Assembly (NCBI GenBank): GCA_051362555.1
Contig: CM120640.1
Span: forward strand, 54,910,788 to 54,974,787
Source of the DNA: Lingula anatina
Taxonomy: Eukaryota; Animalia; Brachiopoda
Length of the DNA: 64,000 nt
Direction: 5' to 3'
Translations under genes and position numbers: made by a program
Notes under the pieces: generated by a model
Told to the model about the DNA's origin: nothing
Databases searched by the model: none
What the model saw: only the letters and a program-made list of their open reading frames with translations
Part shown: piece by piece, positions 1-13,441 of the stretch
Position numbering within the stretch: the first letter of the stretch is position 1
How the letters are laid out: every line of letters starts with the position of its first letter

Positions 1-2455
1 ACAGATTGTAATTCAGCAAAACTTGAGAAAACAATAAATATATATATATATATAGTAATGACAGCTTTTATTTGTAACTGCACCACACTCACTTAATGCT
101 TCTGATCCTCCTCTCCTTCAAAATCTTCAAAATCTCACTTGATTTTACACTAAGGTGTGAGACTAAGTGTAATATTGAATAATTCCTTTTGTGTCCCTGT
201 TGAATGGCACTAAATAATCATGCTTGGCAATTACTTGGTATCCTGTACCTGTGTGTAACAGGATACACATAATTTTTAAATAAACTATCAGTTGGGCCTA
301 GCAACTGATAAATCTGTCTCCTGTTTATAGTTATACTGGAATATTATGTACTTTGGTACGTACTAATAAAAAGCTGAAGGATTAAGCTCCTAAAATGACA
401 TATTTGATAACCTGTTAATATAAACTCTCTCTCTCTCATATGTACATGTGCTACTGATTAAAATGTATACTAAATAAATAATAAAATGTGACTGCCAGCT
501 GTTTGTATCACAACACATATGACTAATATTTTCATAGTGCATGTGCTCGTTTAATAATAATAAAAAAAAAAGGTATATTCACAGTTAACATTTGAAATTT
601 ATGGATGTGTACCTGAATGTGCTATGCAAATTACCAAGGCTGTCTGCAGGTCCCCTTGTGTGTATATAAATGTATTTAGCATGAGCGTGTCCTTGGCACA
701 AAATCAGAATTTATATATCATGACTGATAGGATAAAGCTTCACATTAATTTCACATACAATAAGATGCAGATGAAAAGAAATATTAAATGTTACTTTGTT
801 ATTTTACCTGCATAAGGATCCTGTATTTAATTTCAGTATTAAGTAGAAGCTGCACAGATATTGAAAGTCAGGGATTGCTTTTCTTATGATGATCAAACCA
901 TACCTAACAGTCGTAGAAAAACACCAGATAAATGCCTTAATCAAAACCTGCTTGGTAATATCAGACATTATAAGCACCTACTTCACATGCACTGAGCTGT
1001 AAATAATATAATTTCACAGCCTCACAGGTGTATCTTACTTAAAGGTTATCAAGGGTGTCCAGTTATATGGATTAAGGTGTTGACATACTTAAAAGATTGT
1101 TAACACCGTGGCACTTCACATCTGTATTTCTCATTAAAATGATCATGCAAAACGATATGCTGTTACAAATCTAGATCAATCTTACATTCAAATATAAATG
1201 TGTGCAGCTATCAGAGCATGACACGACTTACTTGCCATACCTATGTCCCTGAAGTCCGTAGCTCTTTGCTGGCTCCTAATACCCAAACCCTGTGTGCCTG
1301 GCGGGAATTGTGAAGGCTGTGTTTACCTATTCAGTCTTTATTGACCTCACGTTCTGCGCATGGGTACTATTGATGCTTGCCTTTCAGCTCAATAACAAGT
1401 ATTACAGAGAGTGATGTGAAAAAAAACAAGCAAATGTGACCTTTATATAGCTATTGAATTGAAAGGCTCTTTAAATATTTCTGATGATAATCATGTGATT
1501 GTTTAATCATTTGCAAATTTAGGTTATGCTGGTGTAGGGCTGCAGCTGCCAGCACAATAAAGGAGGAACTTGCTATTTTCATTGGTTTGTGGAAAAAAGT
1601 TATTTAAGATTTCCCTCTTGCTTGATAATTTACATAGCATTTGTAGTATTTTCAACCTCCTTCAATGATGTGGATGTGGTTCAATAGTATTATAGCATTG
1701 TATTTACACAGTCTGTTCACAGGTAGTGTTCTAATATGTACATATTGTTTGTTCTTCAAAAGTGAAGCATGTTGTGCATAATAATTCACCTCACTTGAAC
1801 CAGCAGAGTCTCTTAAACATGTGGGTTTTTATTTTGACCAAAGTTAAGCAAGGATTTATTGCACACATAAACCAATGGGAACCAGAGCAATATAAATTTC
1901 TGTTTAAACATAACTTGATTATTACTGCTGGACACAAGAACTGAAGATTATAGATCATAGTAATTTTACTTACCAATTACACTATGGTATGCAGAAACAC
2001 TTGATATTTTTTGCCCAGGGATGAAAATTTACATCTTATTTCACCCAGATTTGTTTGAATTAAAAAAAAAATGATTGTTGGATTGACAAAGAAATGCAAC
2101 AAACTTGCTATTTATCCCCTTAAACTCAATAGAATTTGACTTAGCACAACTGTGGCATTGCATATGGGACATAGCTGATTTGACTCAGTAGCTTGTGTAA
2201 TATTTCTATGGTACTGACTAAGAAATCATTGCCCAAAAAGGCCATGTATATTTGTAGTTTTGCCAAAATGTATACTACACAAGAAATGTCTAAACAACAT
2301 TGATTTAAATCATTATCATGTGCCCTGCTTCATAAGGCTGATGTTGGCTGCCTATCCCTACCTCATCTTTGGTAGCTCTCAGCAAGTCTGTCACCATATT
2401 ATATATCAATTTATTATTTATTGTTATTTTCCCTTTTCCTCCCTCATTCTCCCAG

Positions 2456-4386
2456 GAGATGCAGCTTCTTCTACTGAAATATAAGGAAGAGATCATTGCA
2501 GCCAAGGTGGCCAAGGAGCATGTGGAACACAACCTGAAGAGTGAGATCATGTTCCTGAAGGACCAGATACTGGCTGAGCAGCAGGAGAGGGCCAATGTGG
2601 AGGAGGAGATGTCTAGAGAAGTCAACTCTCTGCAAGAACAGCTTGGTAAACATTTGATATTATTTATTTAACCCCTATTGCAACAGAGTTTCTGGAATCA
2701 GATTGTCTGTCTGTTTGGCCTATTGTACTTTTCAATGAGGTTTTTTTACAACATTAATATTAAAAAAAGTTTCTTCTTTGAGTTATCTGCATTTTAGAGA
2801 GCTTGGTTGCAGGATGGCAGATTATACTAGTCATATTTAGGTATGTATATCAAATGAGTCACTTTTCAATCTCTTTTAATTTTAGCACTATTACAAAGTG
2901 TCAAATCAGAACTGGAGCGGGAGTCAAAAGTGAGGTTAGACTTAGAGGCCAAGTTAAAAGAAGTCGAGTCTCAGCTCAAATCAAGCCAGGCAAAGTCTTC
3001 ACAGTTGATTAGTGGCCTTCAAAGCCAGCTAGCAGAACAGAATACCAAAATGGTGAGTAGATGTGATGATAGCAAGGTTTGATAAAATGGGATTTTTATT
3101 GTCTCTTTATCGTGTGAGGTGAAAAGAATCACAATGGCAATTCAGTCATGTGATGAAGGATTTGAAGAGGAGGTTCATAGCCTATTACTTCATAGATGAA
3201 AAAGTAGTTTAATCTCTTTAGAAATTTTCTTTTTTAACCAATAGGGTTTTCAATATTTTAGCTTACTAACTACCTTGTTCATCATGTTATTAACAACAGA
3301 ACCGGAAGGCAAAGGATCATTAGTAAAAAAAAAATGTATGCCATTGACAACTTAGAATATGTGGTTGGATAATGAATTAATTTTGTTTAATTAAGTTACT
3401 ATAACACCAGAAAAATGGAATCACTAAGAAAAATGTGTTGGTATTAATTTGTCTACTCATGATATTGGTTTCACTGTAAAAAAATTCACTTTTAGACTAA
3501 ATTAGAAGAAGACTTAATGAAAGCAAGATCAAAAGTCTCATCCCTTCAAGTTGACCTTGATAACAGTGAAGCAGTACAGAGGGATTTTGTCAAACTTTCA
3601 CAATCACTACAGGTATGTTAGCTCTTTTACACATTTTACAATTTTTCAAAGATATTTTAATTGATCATTAGCTGTTATAATAAATTAAAATTAAATGCTC
3701 AAAGGAATCAATTTTAAATTATTTTGATATTAGTTTGCAATAATAATACCCTTTTGGTGTTTGTGTTGATTTGATTTGGTTGTTTGATTTGATTGATTTA
3801 TTGGACAGTAGAAAATGCCAACTTTTTTCTCTGTGGACAATTTTCCCACACACCATCAGTTTCATTCATTTATGGTAGATTCAGTTAGAGAAAATCCGAC
3901 AGAGTGAAAATGAAGTGCGGTGGCAACATGAGGAGGACACAGATGAATGCACTGGATGCGGCCAGCCATTTTCTGTAACAAAGCGCAAGGTACTACTGGT
4001 TTTATTTCTAGTTTTGCTGTTAGGTCAGTTCATACATAATGGTTGCAGTTTTTTTTTTTTTGTCCTCTTTACCTAGACTTAACATTTAGTGAAAGTAATT
4101 TTTTAACATTTACAAACAGCTCAAAAAGTCAAAACATTGTGCATGCACATTAAATTAAGATAATATCTTTATAAATATTCTTATTTGCAGTAATCATCTA
4201 GAAAATGGTGTATTTATTTTCTAGCATCATTGTCGGCACTGTGGTAGGATATTCTGTTCAGATTGCACAGCAAAGACTGTGGTCAGTGGACCAAACCTAA
4301 GACAGTCCAAAGTATGTGATGTGTGTCACACCATACTGGTGAAGGATGCCACACCGTTCTTCAGCACAGAACCACCCCCTTCATAG
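2456..4386 (+). CDS. RABEP1: Rabaptin-5 / Rab GTPase-binding effector protein 1-like with C-terminal FYVE domain (3' portion; upstream exons lie before the window)
   Basis: Exons 2456-2645, 2886-3052, 3496-3612, 3879-3989 and 4225-4386, all GT-AG and frame-consistent. They encode coiled coil, the Rab5-binding motif LDNSEAVQRDFVKLSQSLQIQLEKIRQ, then FYVE (WQHEED..C..C..FSVTKRKHHCRHCGRIFCSDC..VCDVC). Stop TAG at 4384-4386. Confidence 0.93.
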
Positions 4387-6059
4387 CGGAAATGGTCCAC
4401 AGGCACAACTTTTAAACCCCCACTCTTGAAAAGATATTATCTAGGGATAAAGTTTTCATGCCACCCTCTCCATAGTATGACATCTTTGATACCTTCATAG
4501 CAGACATGACCCTGGCTGCTGATTTTCTTAAAAACTTCAAGAGCCTTATCAGGCAGCGTCTGTGGAAATCTTACATTTATGTAGAATTTTCGGATCAATG
4601 TTAATATGTGCTATCAAGAGAGAAGTGTACATTCTTTCTTTTATCCAGTGTAAGAAGTTGTGTTTGGAGTATTTGTGCAGCTTGTAAAGATGGCAGTAGC
4701 AAACATACTAGTCACAAATAAACATTTTAGCTGTCGTTCTGAAGGTTTGTGAATGCATGGGAATCAGTCAGAGTGCTTCACTTTGTAAGTAAAAATGTTC
4801 TTTCTTTTATGTCTAACTGGCTGTGACTTTTAGATTAACCTGCAAAACTATTAGCACTAATTACTGTGATACTATACACTTATTTAGGTGTTTTGCAGTA
4901 TAAAGTAAGACATTCTTGGACAGAATCAATTAGTTATGGGGCCTTCAAAAATTAAGCTAAGTAAAACTAATTGCAAGATAATCCAGCTTAGTTGTTCAGT
5001 GATGTGTTTTTGTTACCTGTATTGAACAATGACATTAGTGCTTGTTAGTAGTTCCACTGCTACATGTTAGTAAGAAGAATAAAAACATGTAGACATTTTT
5101 TTGACATTACAGCTGATGAATAGATTATACTATAACATGCCATGTTAACTTTTGCATTTTATCAGATCATTTACTAGAAATATTTGCATGCTGTGTATGC
5201 ACTAATTACTTTTTACTAGAAGTAACCAACTGTTCTCTGTCATCATCATCTCTAGTGAGATTTCAAACAAGACTAAAGGCAGTCTTTTCTTTTTGTACTT
5301 TTTGTCATACATTGGGTAGATATTTTTCTAATTTGGTAGATTTCCAATGAAACAGCATTAAATGTCATCTGCCCTTACCCAAATCTATATCTGAACTACT
5401 ACATTTAGGGCTATAAATGTTATTTTTGACTACTGCCCTATTTAATAAATATGTGGAAGAAAGTTCATAACAGACACTTGGAAGTTTTTAGTTACCAATA
5501 GTTACAAACTGTTGACAGTGTACATGTAGCATGAGATTGTGTTGTCTGTCTGCTGTTTGTAATGGTAAATGTTTAGTAGACTACATGGAGGCATTGACAT
5601 CACCACAAGCTTATATCAAACTGAAGCATATTTGATGATTTTAGTGAAAATTGAACTACTGAAATGATTGTGTGCAATGTTGTTGATTAAAATGTATGGG
5701 AGGTTGTAGGAAGATGTGGATTGTATGTTTAGGGTTAGGCATCTGACTTGGCCACAATTGCGACTTGTGAAATTGTAAATACTATTTCATTTAATGTAAT
5801 AAGCTTCAGTATTAAAGGTGCAGAATTTCTTTCCAGTTAAGGACTGCTTGATTCACAGTTAAGTTTAAATATAGAAGAGCTTATTGTATTTGTACATTCT
5901 TGTCACAAATATGCTGGTTTTAAAGCAAGTTCATTGTTTTATATAAATGTTTTGTTGGAAGAATACATAACATATTGAAAAAAAATTGATCTTTATTGTC
6001 TATTAAATGTCATTTTCTACTCGGAAAAACATTATTACTCTCAAGTTGAGTGTGAATTA

Positions 6060-6227
6060 CAGGGGCGGATCCAGAGTTATTTTCTGACCGTCTTCCAATT
6101 TATCTTTGTTGATCTATCCTCCATTTTTGACCGTCTTCCGACAGAACCAAATATATACCCGTCAATGTAAACTTGAAAATCTGACCGTCTTCCGGAAGAC
6201 CCAGAAGACGCCCTAAATCCGCCCCTG
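6060..6227. mobile_element. Short non-autonomous DNA transposon (CAG...CTG termini, hAT-like MITE)
   Basis: TIRs CAGGGGCGGAT / ATCCGCCCCTG, flanked by a 5-bp direct repeat AATTA (6055-6059, 6228-6232). Three internal copies of TGACCGTCTTCC. Confidence 0.75.
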
Positions 6228-6487
6228 AATTAATACCCACAGTCCATTAAATTCTGTTAAAAATGTCTCCATACAGGTTGACAGAAGTTCAAGAATGACT
6301 TATCTTCTTGCTTATATTAAGGAACAAAACATTTTTATTATATGCCATACTTAAAGATGCAAATTAAATTCAAACATCAAAACCAAGGACAAAAAAAGAA
6401 AATGCTAGCAGTCTAGAAAAAAATATTCAGTTAGGCTCTCAAGTATTTGTTGCATAGACTGGCATTACTTGGTTTTGGCCGCAAACG

Positions 6488-9400
6488 TTAGCTCTCCAAG
6501 CCAAGAGATTTCAGTGCTGTTCTGTAATGAAATACAAAAAGAAACATCATTACGTCTGAATCAACAATTTGAATTATATGCCAACACACATCTCTTGATA
6601 CATATATTTTAAAAATCTGCAGACTAAATAATCATTTTATCAACATCATCTGAATGATACAAGAAAAAGTTACCATAACAAGAAAAAGAAGATGCCTCAC
6701 TACTCTATTTGATATAAAAACCAAAACTCCACATACTTAGCTGTATCTATCTGTTCCTGGATTCTTTCTTTAAGTGAACTATTTTTAGCCGTTTGCTTCT
6801 TTTCTACAAGGTCATCGACAGTGGCTTGATAGCCAATAACATTGTGGAAAACATGGATATGCTTGTCACCAGTTGTCACCAAATACTTGTTATTGGTATC
6901 AAAACCTAAGGCTTTTATTGGCTCTGAAAACAATACCTGAATTAGTTCCAATTATGTATTCAACCAGCTATAAAATCGACTCTAAGGTTAAATATTTGGG
7001 AAATCCAAGAAGAGTATGAATATATCAATTTTCTCAAAATTGCAATTCTTCTTTGGAAACACAAGACTGACAATAAATAAAAAAGGCCCTCTCACCATGG
7101 TGAATATCCTCTATAGCTTTTCCTAGCACTCCTGTGATACCATTAAATATCTGGAGGCTGTTGCCATGGGCCACTGCTACTGTCCTGCCATCTGGTGACA
7201 AACTGACCAATGATGGTGTGGTGAAGCCTAGCTGACCAGTCTTGAGGAGATATGGGTCTTGGTTCTTTTGGTATTCAACTGTATTAAAATTATTTCAGAT
7301 TAAATTAATACACTTAGGGCAAATATTTTACCACTAAGGTGAAAATAATATTATGAAGCATTTATCAATACATGAAAACAAATGAAAGTAGTCCTATCCT
7401 TTCCTGCAGCTAAGATAATATCTTATCTAGATTTCTTTGTAAATTGGTAAAATTCTTTGGTATCTATTGCTTTGGCTTTGATGATGGTGGTGAATGTTTC
7501 CGAGTTTCAAACAATTTATCAAATTCCAAATGCTTACTATCTGTATCCCATAGCTTCCAGGTACCGTCCTTGGACACTGTAGCCATCCTACAAAATATTG
7601 TTATACAAAAGAAATGTTACTTGATGAAATAAATAATTATCAGCTTAACTAATAAATGAAATTGCTTTTGACAAAAGACACCTTAAAATGTTGGTGTACA
7701 GTTACCCACCTTAAATTCATAAAAACTAAGTCAAAAATACAGTTGCCAAAATCTCTCTACGTTTGTATAATTGTAATCCTTCCAATAACAAAATTGTCTT
7801 TTTTGTCACTGTCTGGACTTAAGCTGTTAACTATATCCAAAGGTAGACAATTAATACTTACCTTCTTGAATCACTGTTGAAGCAGAATGAGTAGACACCT
7901 GAGGAGTGACCTTTCAACTCAAAGGCTCGAGTCACCTCTCTAAAATTGCCAGATTTGTCAAAACAAACTTCCCAAACTTTCACATCTGGTGTGAAACCTA
8001 GTATAATTTTAAAAACAATGTCATGTTCAAAGATCCATTTTCATTTATTAGCACTATTAGTACAGGTATGAGGATATGCTCAATTCAAAAGATAGATCAT
8101 GTATGTTAAACTGTTAACTAACAGCCTGATAGCAACATGATCACAACCAAGAAATTGCTCTTTAAACCAAATCAACAGGATTGTGGGGGGTTATCTGCTT
8201 TGGGCACTAACCACGGCAAAAAATAATATTTTTTTAATTCAATATTTACGTAGCCTTACAAAAACCTGTTCGGTAATATTGTATTATCACTTCAGACTGG
8301 TTTATGGCACCTGAGAAATGATTTACCTGATGAAGCTACAAATCTTCCACATGGGGATACAGCACCATGGGCATTGGTCATCTGGTGGGTGTCAATAGTG
8401 GCAAGAACTTCACCTGAAACATAATCAACCTTTTTAAAAAATCACCGTTTCCGAAACAAACAAAAATTGGCTACTGCTTATAAAAGTAATAACATTTTAA
8501 TTCTCTTTACTACATAATAACATTTATAATATGTAAAGCTCCTTTTACAGCATATTTTCCTTCTTTAGATCCCTGAATAAATGTATAAAATCTTAATTTC
8601 TCACATATTGTGCACAGTTGCACATTTACTTTGTATTCAAGTAGCTCACTATGAATATATTCTCAAGTAAAAGTTTATTATCCGGTGTTGTACACTCAAA
8701 ACATACTCTGACCCACAATTAACAAAATGGCATTTATACCATGTAGGTCCCACCTTTTAAGTCCCATATTGTCATAGTTGTGTCTTTGTAGCAGGTCATA
8801 ATGAACTTCCCTGAGCTAGAGATACCAATGCTTAATATGTCTGAATCATGTTTCTGAAATTGACATAAAATAGCAATAGAGAAAAATGTGTACAAACAGA
8901 CCAAACAAAAATATTGTTCAAAATGATGTGGTGATAATCTATCATCACAAAATATTTCATGTGACACTTGTAAGATTTACATAATTATTAATTTATTTGA
9001 TAAATTCTATTAAATATCATTTAAAAAACAAAACAACAGTTACAAAATATAATGTACATGTGAAATAGTTTATTACCATTACCTTTGGAAAATCTAATAC
9101 TGCGGTAACATTGCCAGGAGACCCATCTGGTTTCTTGCCTATCTTAAACACTCTTATAGTATTCGAGACAAACAAACTTGTTATGAATGCTCTGAAAATA
9201 TAGGTCATATCAGACATAAGATACCACAGATCAATTTTTATGAAAATGGCAGAGGAAACATACAATTTCCCAAATGGAACTGAAGTGACTAATGAGAATT
9301 CATCCAATAAAGGTCTTACAATATTGATAAATATCTTAAAAAAAAAAAAAAAGAAAGTTGTCAATCCAAACAAAATACATCTACTTAGTTTATTTGTTTT

Positions 9401-11561
9401 TACAACAGCCAAGACATATCTTTTGCATTTCAAAAATACATGATATTGTGCAGTTTGACAAGCCTGACACCAAACAATACTGGCCATTGGGGTACTTTTT
9501 GTTTAAAATGCAAATACCTACTTAGAATCGGGACTAAATTTTATTTGTGTACTGTGATCCAGTTCTACATTTACACGGATGGATCTGCAAATAAAACATA
9601 CATAATATCATTTAGATTATTTTTCAAACCGTCTCAGAGTTTGAATCAAAGCTGCAAAATATTCTTTCTAGGAATTCTAAGGAATTCTAATCTCATGAAC
9701 AATACTTTTCTACACAATAAGAAATGATTGTTCATTTGTAATCAATACACTTTCAACCCAAATGTATATTTTTATGTAGCTTTCACTTTCACATGGAAAT
9801 ACAATTAGTCAACATTATAAGTGTCTGCATGTAATCTAAAATTGTAATGTTTTTCTTTGCCACTACGACTTTAATGCACTGAATTTTAATATTTAACCCA
9901 GCAATTACTTTTACACTTATATACATTCTGTCAAAAAAGTTCATACTGAATGCCTTAAATAAAGATTTCTACTGTTTATTGTCAAGACTTGCTAAAACTA
10001 CAAAATTCAGACTTATTCACTCCATTTGCATGATTTGTGAAAATGAAATTCATAAATGCCGCTGTAATTCACAATTCCTTTCCTGGCAAAATTTCAAAAA
10101 GTAATGAATGGTAGGTGCATTATCCATCAATATTTGGTTAAAATATTTTCCTTAGCTCATATGTTTATTTTATAATTACTCAAAATAATGATGTTTCCAA
10201 ACTGTTTTGGTGGAGTGTAGATTGCTTAGCTGAAAGGGACATAAATATTTACAAAAATCATATAATTTCCTTTTGAAAATACCTCTTTGGTACAAATTAT
10301 AGTACACTTAGAGTCAGTGAAATAATAAATACAAAAATAAATGCTTGTCAGAATGTATTTTTACTAACTTGTGTTCCTTTTGAGAAAATTCTTTCACACT
10401 CCAAATAAGTATCACTCTGTCTAAAATTGAAAAGAAAAAATATCTAGTCAATTGTTTGGCAATAATATTCAAACTAGCAGCACAACACAAAGCACAGACA
10501 ACATCTCGCACTGATTTTCAGACTTCAGAATATATTCTTGGTTAATGTTATACTCAAAAAAATAATTTTGACCTTAAAACCTGCATGAACACAACTGTTG
10601 ACTAACCATCTGAACAGGAAGCTAAGTATTTCCCATTGGGACTGAAATCCATCCCAAGTATGGGAGCACTGTGTCCTTTTAGAGAGGTTGACAACCATGG
10701 GTGGGTGAAGGCAACCCTTGATTCTTTCTTAGGTCTTTGAATGGCTTTTTGCTTTTTTGCTTTATTGCTAGCATCTTGTTTGGTGTCTTGTGGTGTCTCT
10801 TCTTCTCCAGCTAAAATAAATAAATTATTCTTTGAAGAAGGGGCACTGAGTCAAAGGCATTAATAGTATTTACTCACATTTGTGTAGCCATTAAAACAGA
10901 TTGTCACAAAAAAGGAGACTTACAGCAGAGACTGACATGTGAAATGAGAAGTAATGATGAAGATAACTGACTTACTAGTACCTCAGTAAGTATACACAGA
11001 CTTTTGCCTCAGTAGCACCCTTACACTTAATTGATACTACACTTTCTACAGGACTGTCTTCTGCATTGGATACTTAGTAAAATTAAGTTTTATTATGGGG
11101 ATTAGGCATAGGATGAAGAAAACCGAAACAATGTCATATTCAAAGTAGATCACATATATTTTAATCAGTAATCTCAGGACACTGGCTTACACCCTCCCCC
11201 CTCGCCCAAGCTCCACGTACTGCACCTCACCCCTACTTTCCAATGAAACCATGGATCCAATTGTGTCCTCTGCTAAAGTCTCTTCTTCAGAGCGTAGTAG
11301 TGGTAAAAGAATCTATAGATTTATCGTGAATATTACATTACGTTCAAGTGTACATGTAAATCTCAAAATTGTAAGAATATTAACAGCCATTTGCAAATTG
11401 ACTTAACAAGGACAGATGGTACTAACACCAAACTTACCAGCCTCTTCTGTATCCTTCTTATCTTTTTTCAAGACATTGCACAGCAATACAACAAGCATGA
11501 TTACAGCTCCTACCGCTGCAGTCACGGCGACTACCGGCAAGGACTCTTCACCGTCGGCCAT
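6488..11561 (-). CDS. TBL2: Transducin beta-like protein 2 (ER-anchored WD40 protein), ~442 aa
   Basis: 12 exons: 11438-11561, 10607-10810, 10369-10420, 9522-9584, 9083-9191, 8754-8853, 8327-8413, 7862-7997, 7538-7587, 7096-7278, 6737-6923, 6488-6521 (1329 nt, in frame). N-terminal TM helix (VVAVTAAVGAVIMLVVLLC), then WD40 motifs LKGHSAPILGMDFSPNGKYLASCSDD, GFTPDVKVWEVCF, FELKGHSSGV and MATVSKDGTWKLWDTD, which match TBL2. Confidence 0.95.
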
Positions 11562-11733
11562 GTCAACTTCTAAATTACGTGGCACCACGCGGGAATTCAA
11601 TGACCTACTTACAGCCCTGCCTTGAAATGATTGGTCGACAGAAAGATGTAAACATTGACAGGCCTGGACGTGAAAAATTCAAACGAAAAGCACCTATGTA
11701 AAAACACCTCATAAGAAGCGCTGATATTGCAAA
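11562..11733. promoter_or_regulatory. Putative bidirectional promoter shared by TBL2 and POLD4
   Basis: The divergent ATGs at 11561 (-) and 11734 (+) are only 172 bp apart. The interval is locally CpG-enriched, with an inverted CCAAT box (ATTGG, 11630-11634) and an E2F-like GCGGGAA (11589-11595). Confidence 0.7.
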
Positions 11734-13329
11734 ATGGAACATAGGAAGATCACCGGCTATTTTCCACACTCCAAGAAGGTCTCCAGTTCCACTGCCGATG
11801 AGAAAAGCACTAGCACTAGTAAGTGTTGTAAAATCGAAAGTCCGAAGTGAAAGCGATATTTCTACTTCTGTTCGGGTATGGCCACATTAAGTCTAATCAT
11901 TTTGACTATTAAGTACATGTAATTATTTTTGCAGGTACTCAAGCGGTAAAAAATAATGACCAAGCTGCAAAAGAGTTGGAAAGCCTCACCAAGTTTGACC
12001 TGAATTTCAAATTTGGTCCCTGTACAGGTAAATGCCCTTACAGTATCAAATTCTTGGTGTCTATAAATATACAGAAGTGTCAAGGAAAAGTATCTCAGCC
12101 AAACATGATGTTTTTAAACTTACATTGTATTTTCTATTATACAAACCCTTGTTTACAAACAACCTTTTTAAACATACTTAATAGATTGATTACATATACA
12201 TGTACTGTAATTGGAATATGAACATTTTACAAATGTTAAACATTTCCAATCATTATTGTCATGATAAATATGTAGGTGTAACTCGCCTTGAAAGATGGGA
12301 GAGAGCAGAAAAACATGGATTAAATCCACCATCAGAAGTAAAAAAATTGCTTTTGGCCCATAAAGGTGATGAAGTATACAGATTATGGTAGGTTTATTTA
12401 CATTCCATGGAAAAAAAACTTTTCAGCTTTAAAAAACTTAAAGGGGCCCGCACACGGTGAGCATTTGGCGCGCGCCACTTGCGCTGCACCGTTTTCTCAT
12501 GGTGTGTGGGGCTATTTTGGTGAGATTTTTGCCTCTCGCGCGGCTGAGCAAAATATCTCACGTGTTTGAGATTTTTGGTCTCTTGAGGCAAATGTCTCAG
12601 CGTGTGCGGGGTGCAAGCGCCGATTGCTCACGCCATGCCAACAATGCGCATGTGCCGGTAGCCGGAAACAAAGAAAAATGGCAGCCTCCAGCGAAGTAAA
12701 CAAAAATGTACACAGTTATAGTTAGTCTGATTGATTAACGTGGTCACCATTTGCCATTACTTTCAGAAAAAAAAAAAAATATGTAATGTTTCCTTAATCA
12801 CATGATCCCACTGTTCGCGGTGCGTCCGATAGGGGCAGGCCGGGAGGCATCTCTGCTGAGCAAAGAGCGCATCGTTGCGGGGAGCTGAGGAGTGCGAGCA
12901 TCTGGCGCAGCGCAAGTGGCGCGCGCCAAATACTCACCGTGTGCGGGCCCCTTAACGATTTTCTGCTCTACTGCTAGCACCTTTTTTTTCTTTTATGTGT
13001 GACTACATATTTAAAAATAACCTGGCAAAAACCAATCTAAATAAAATATCTAAAAATAATTTAAATAAATAATTTAAATAAAAAAGACAAGGCTACTTAA
13101 ATGAACATTGTGAAAATATAGAATTAAAACGGGTATCTTATATAAATTAAATTTGCATTTTTGCCTATACATTTTGAACTGTATTATGACTCCTGGCATC
13201 CAGAATGGCGACTTGGTACTTTTGAATTACTTTTTGTAAGGTTTAAAAGAAGTTGTTTTTGAATACAGAGTGGCTGTATAACATTATCTTCTGTCAAATT
13301 TCAGCTTGTGGAGCAAATATGATCTCTGA
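11734..13329 (+). CDS. POLD4: DNA polymerase delta subunit 4 (p12), ~104 aa
   Basis: Exons 11734-11818, 11935-12027, 12276-12387 and 13305-13329 (315 nt). N-terminal PIP-like RKITGYF, core ELESLTKFDLNFKFGPCTGVTRLERWERAEKHGLNPPSEV, C-terminal CLWSKYDL*. Confidence 0.93.
12442..12952. mobile_element. PIF/Harbinger-like MITE in POLD4 intron 3
   Basis: ~46-bp TIRs (AGGGGCCCGCACACGGTGAG(C/T)ATTTGGCGCGCGCCACTTGCGCTGC) with one mismatch. TAA on both flanks (12439-12441, 12953-12955). GC/CpG-rich island within an AT-rich intron. Confidence 0.85.
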
Positions 13330-13441
13330 TCAAACTAACATACCATTATATAGGAATGGAATGAAATGAATCGACTTTTTAAAGCCATATATATATTTGA
13401 TAACTACAAGAGGTCTAGACTAGACGGATTCGAATGGGGAA

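Noticed and set aside
1-2455. Short ORFs at the start of the window
   Set aside because: AT-rich intronic sequence upstream of the first visible RABEP1 exon, with no recognisable domains or convincing splice-bounded frames.
11562-11600. N-terminal extension of TBL2 shown in the ORF track
   Set aside because: It starts at a non-ATG codon. The ATG at 11561 places the TM anchor at the N-terminus, as expected for TBL2.
12366-12980. Cluster of overlapping short ORFs on both strands
   Set aside because: They arise from the GC-rich MITE and its TIRs (the same GPAHGE.LARATCAAP peptide appears on both strands), so they are not genes.
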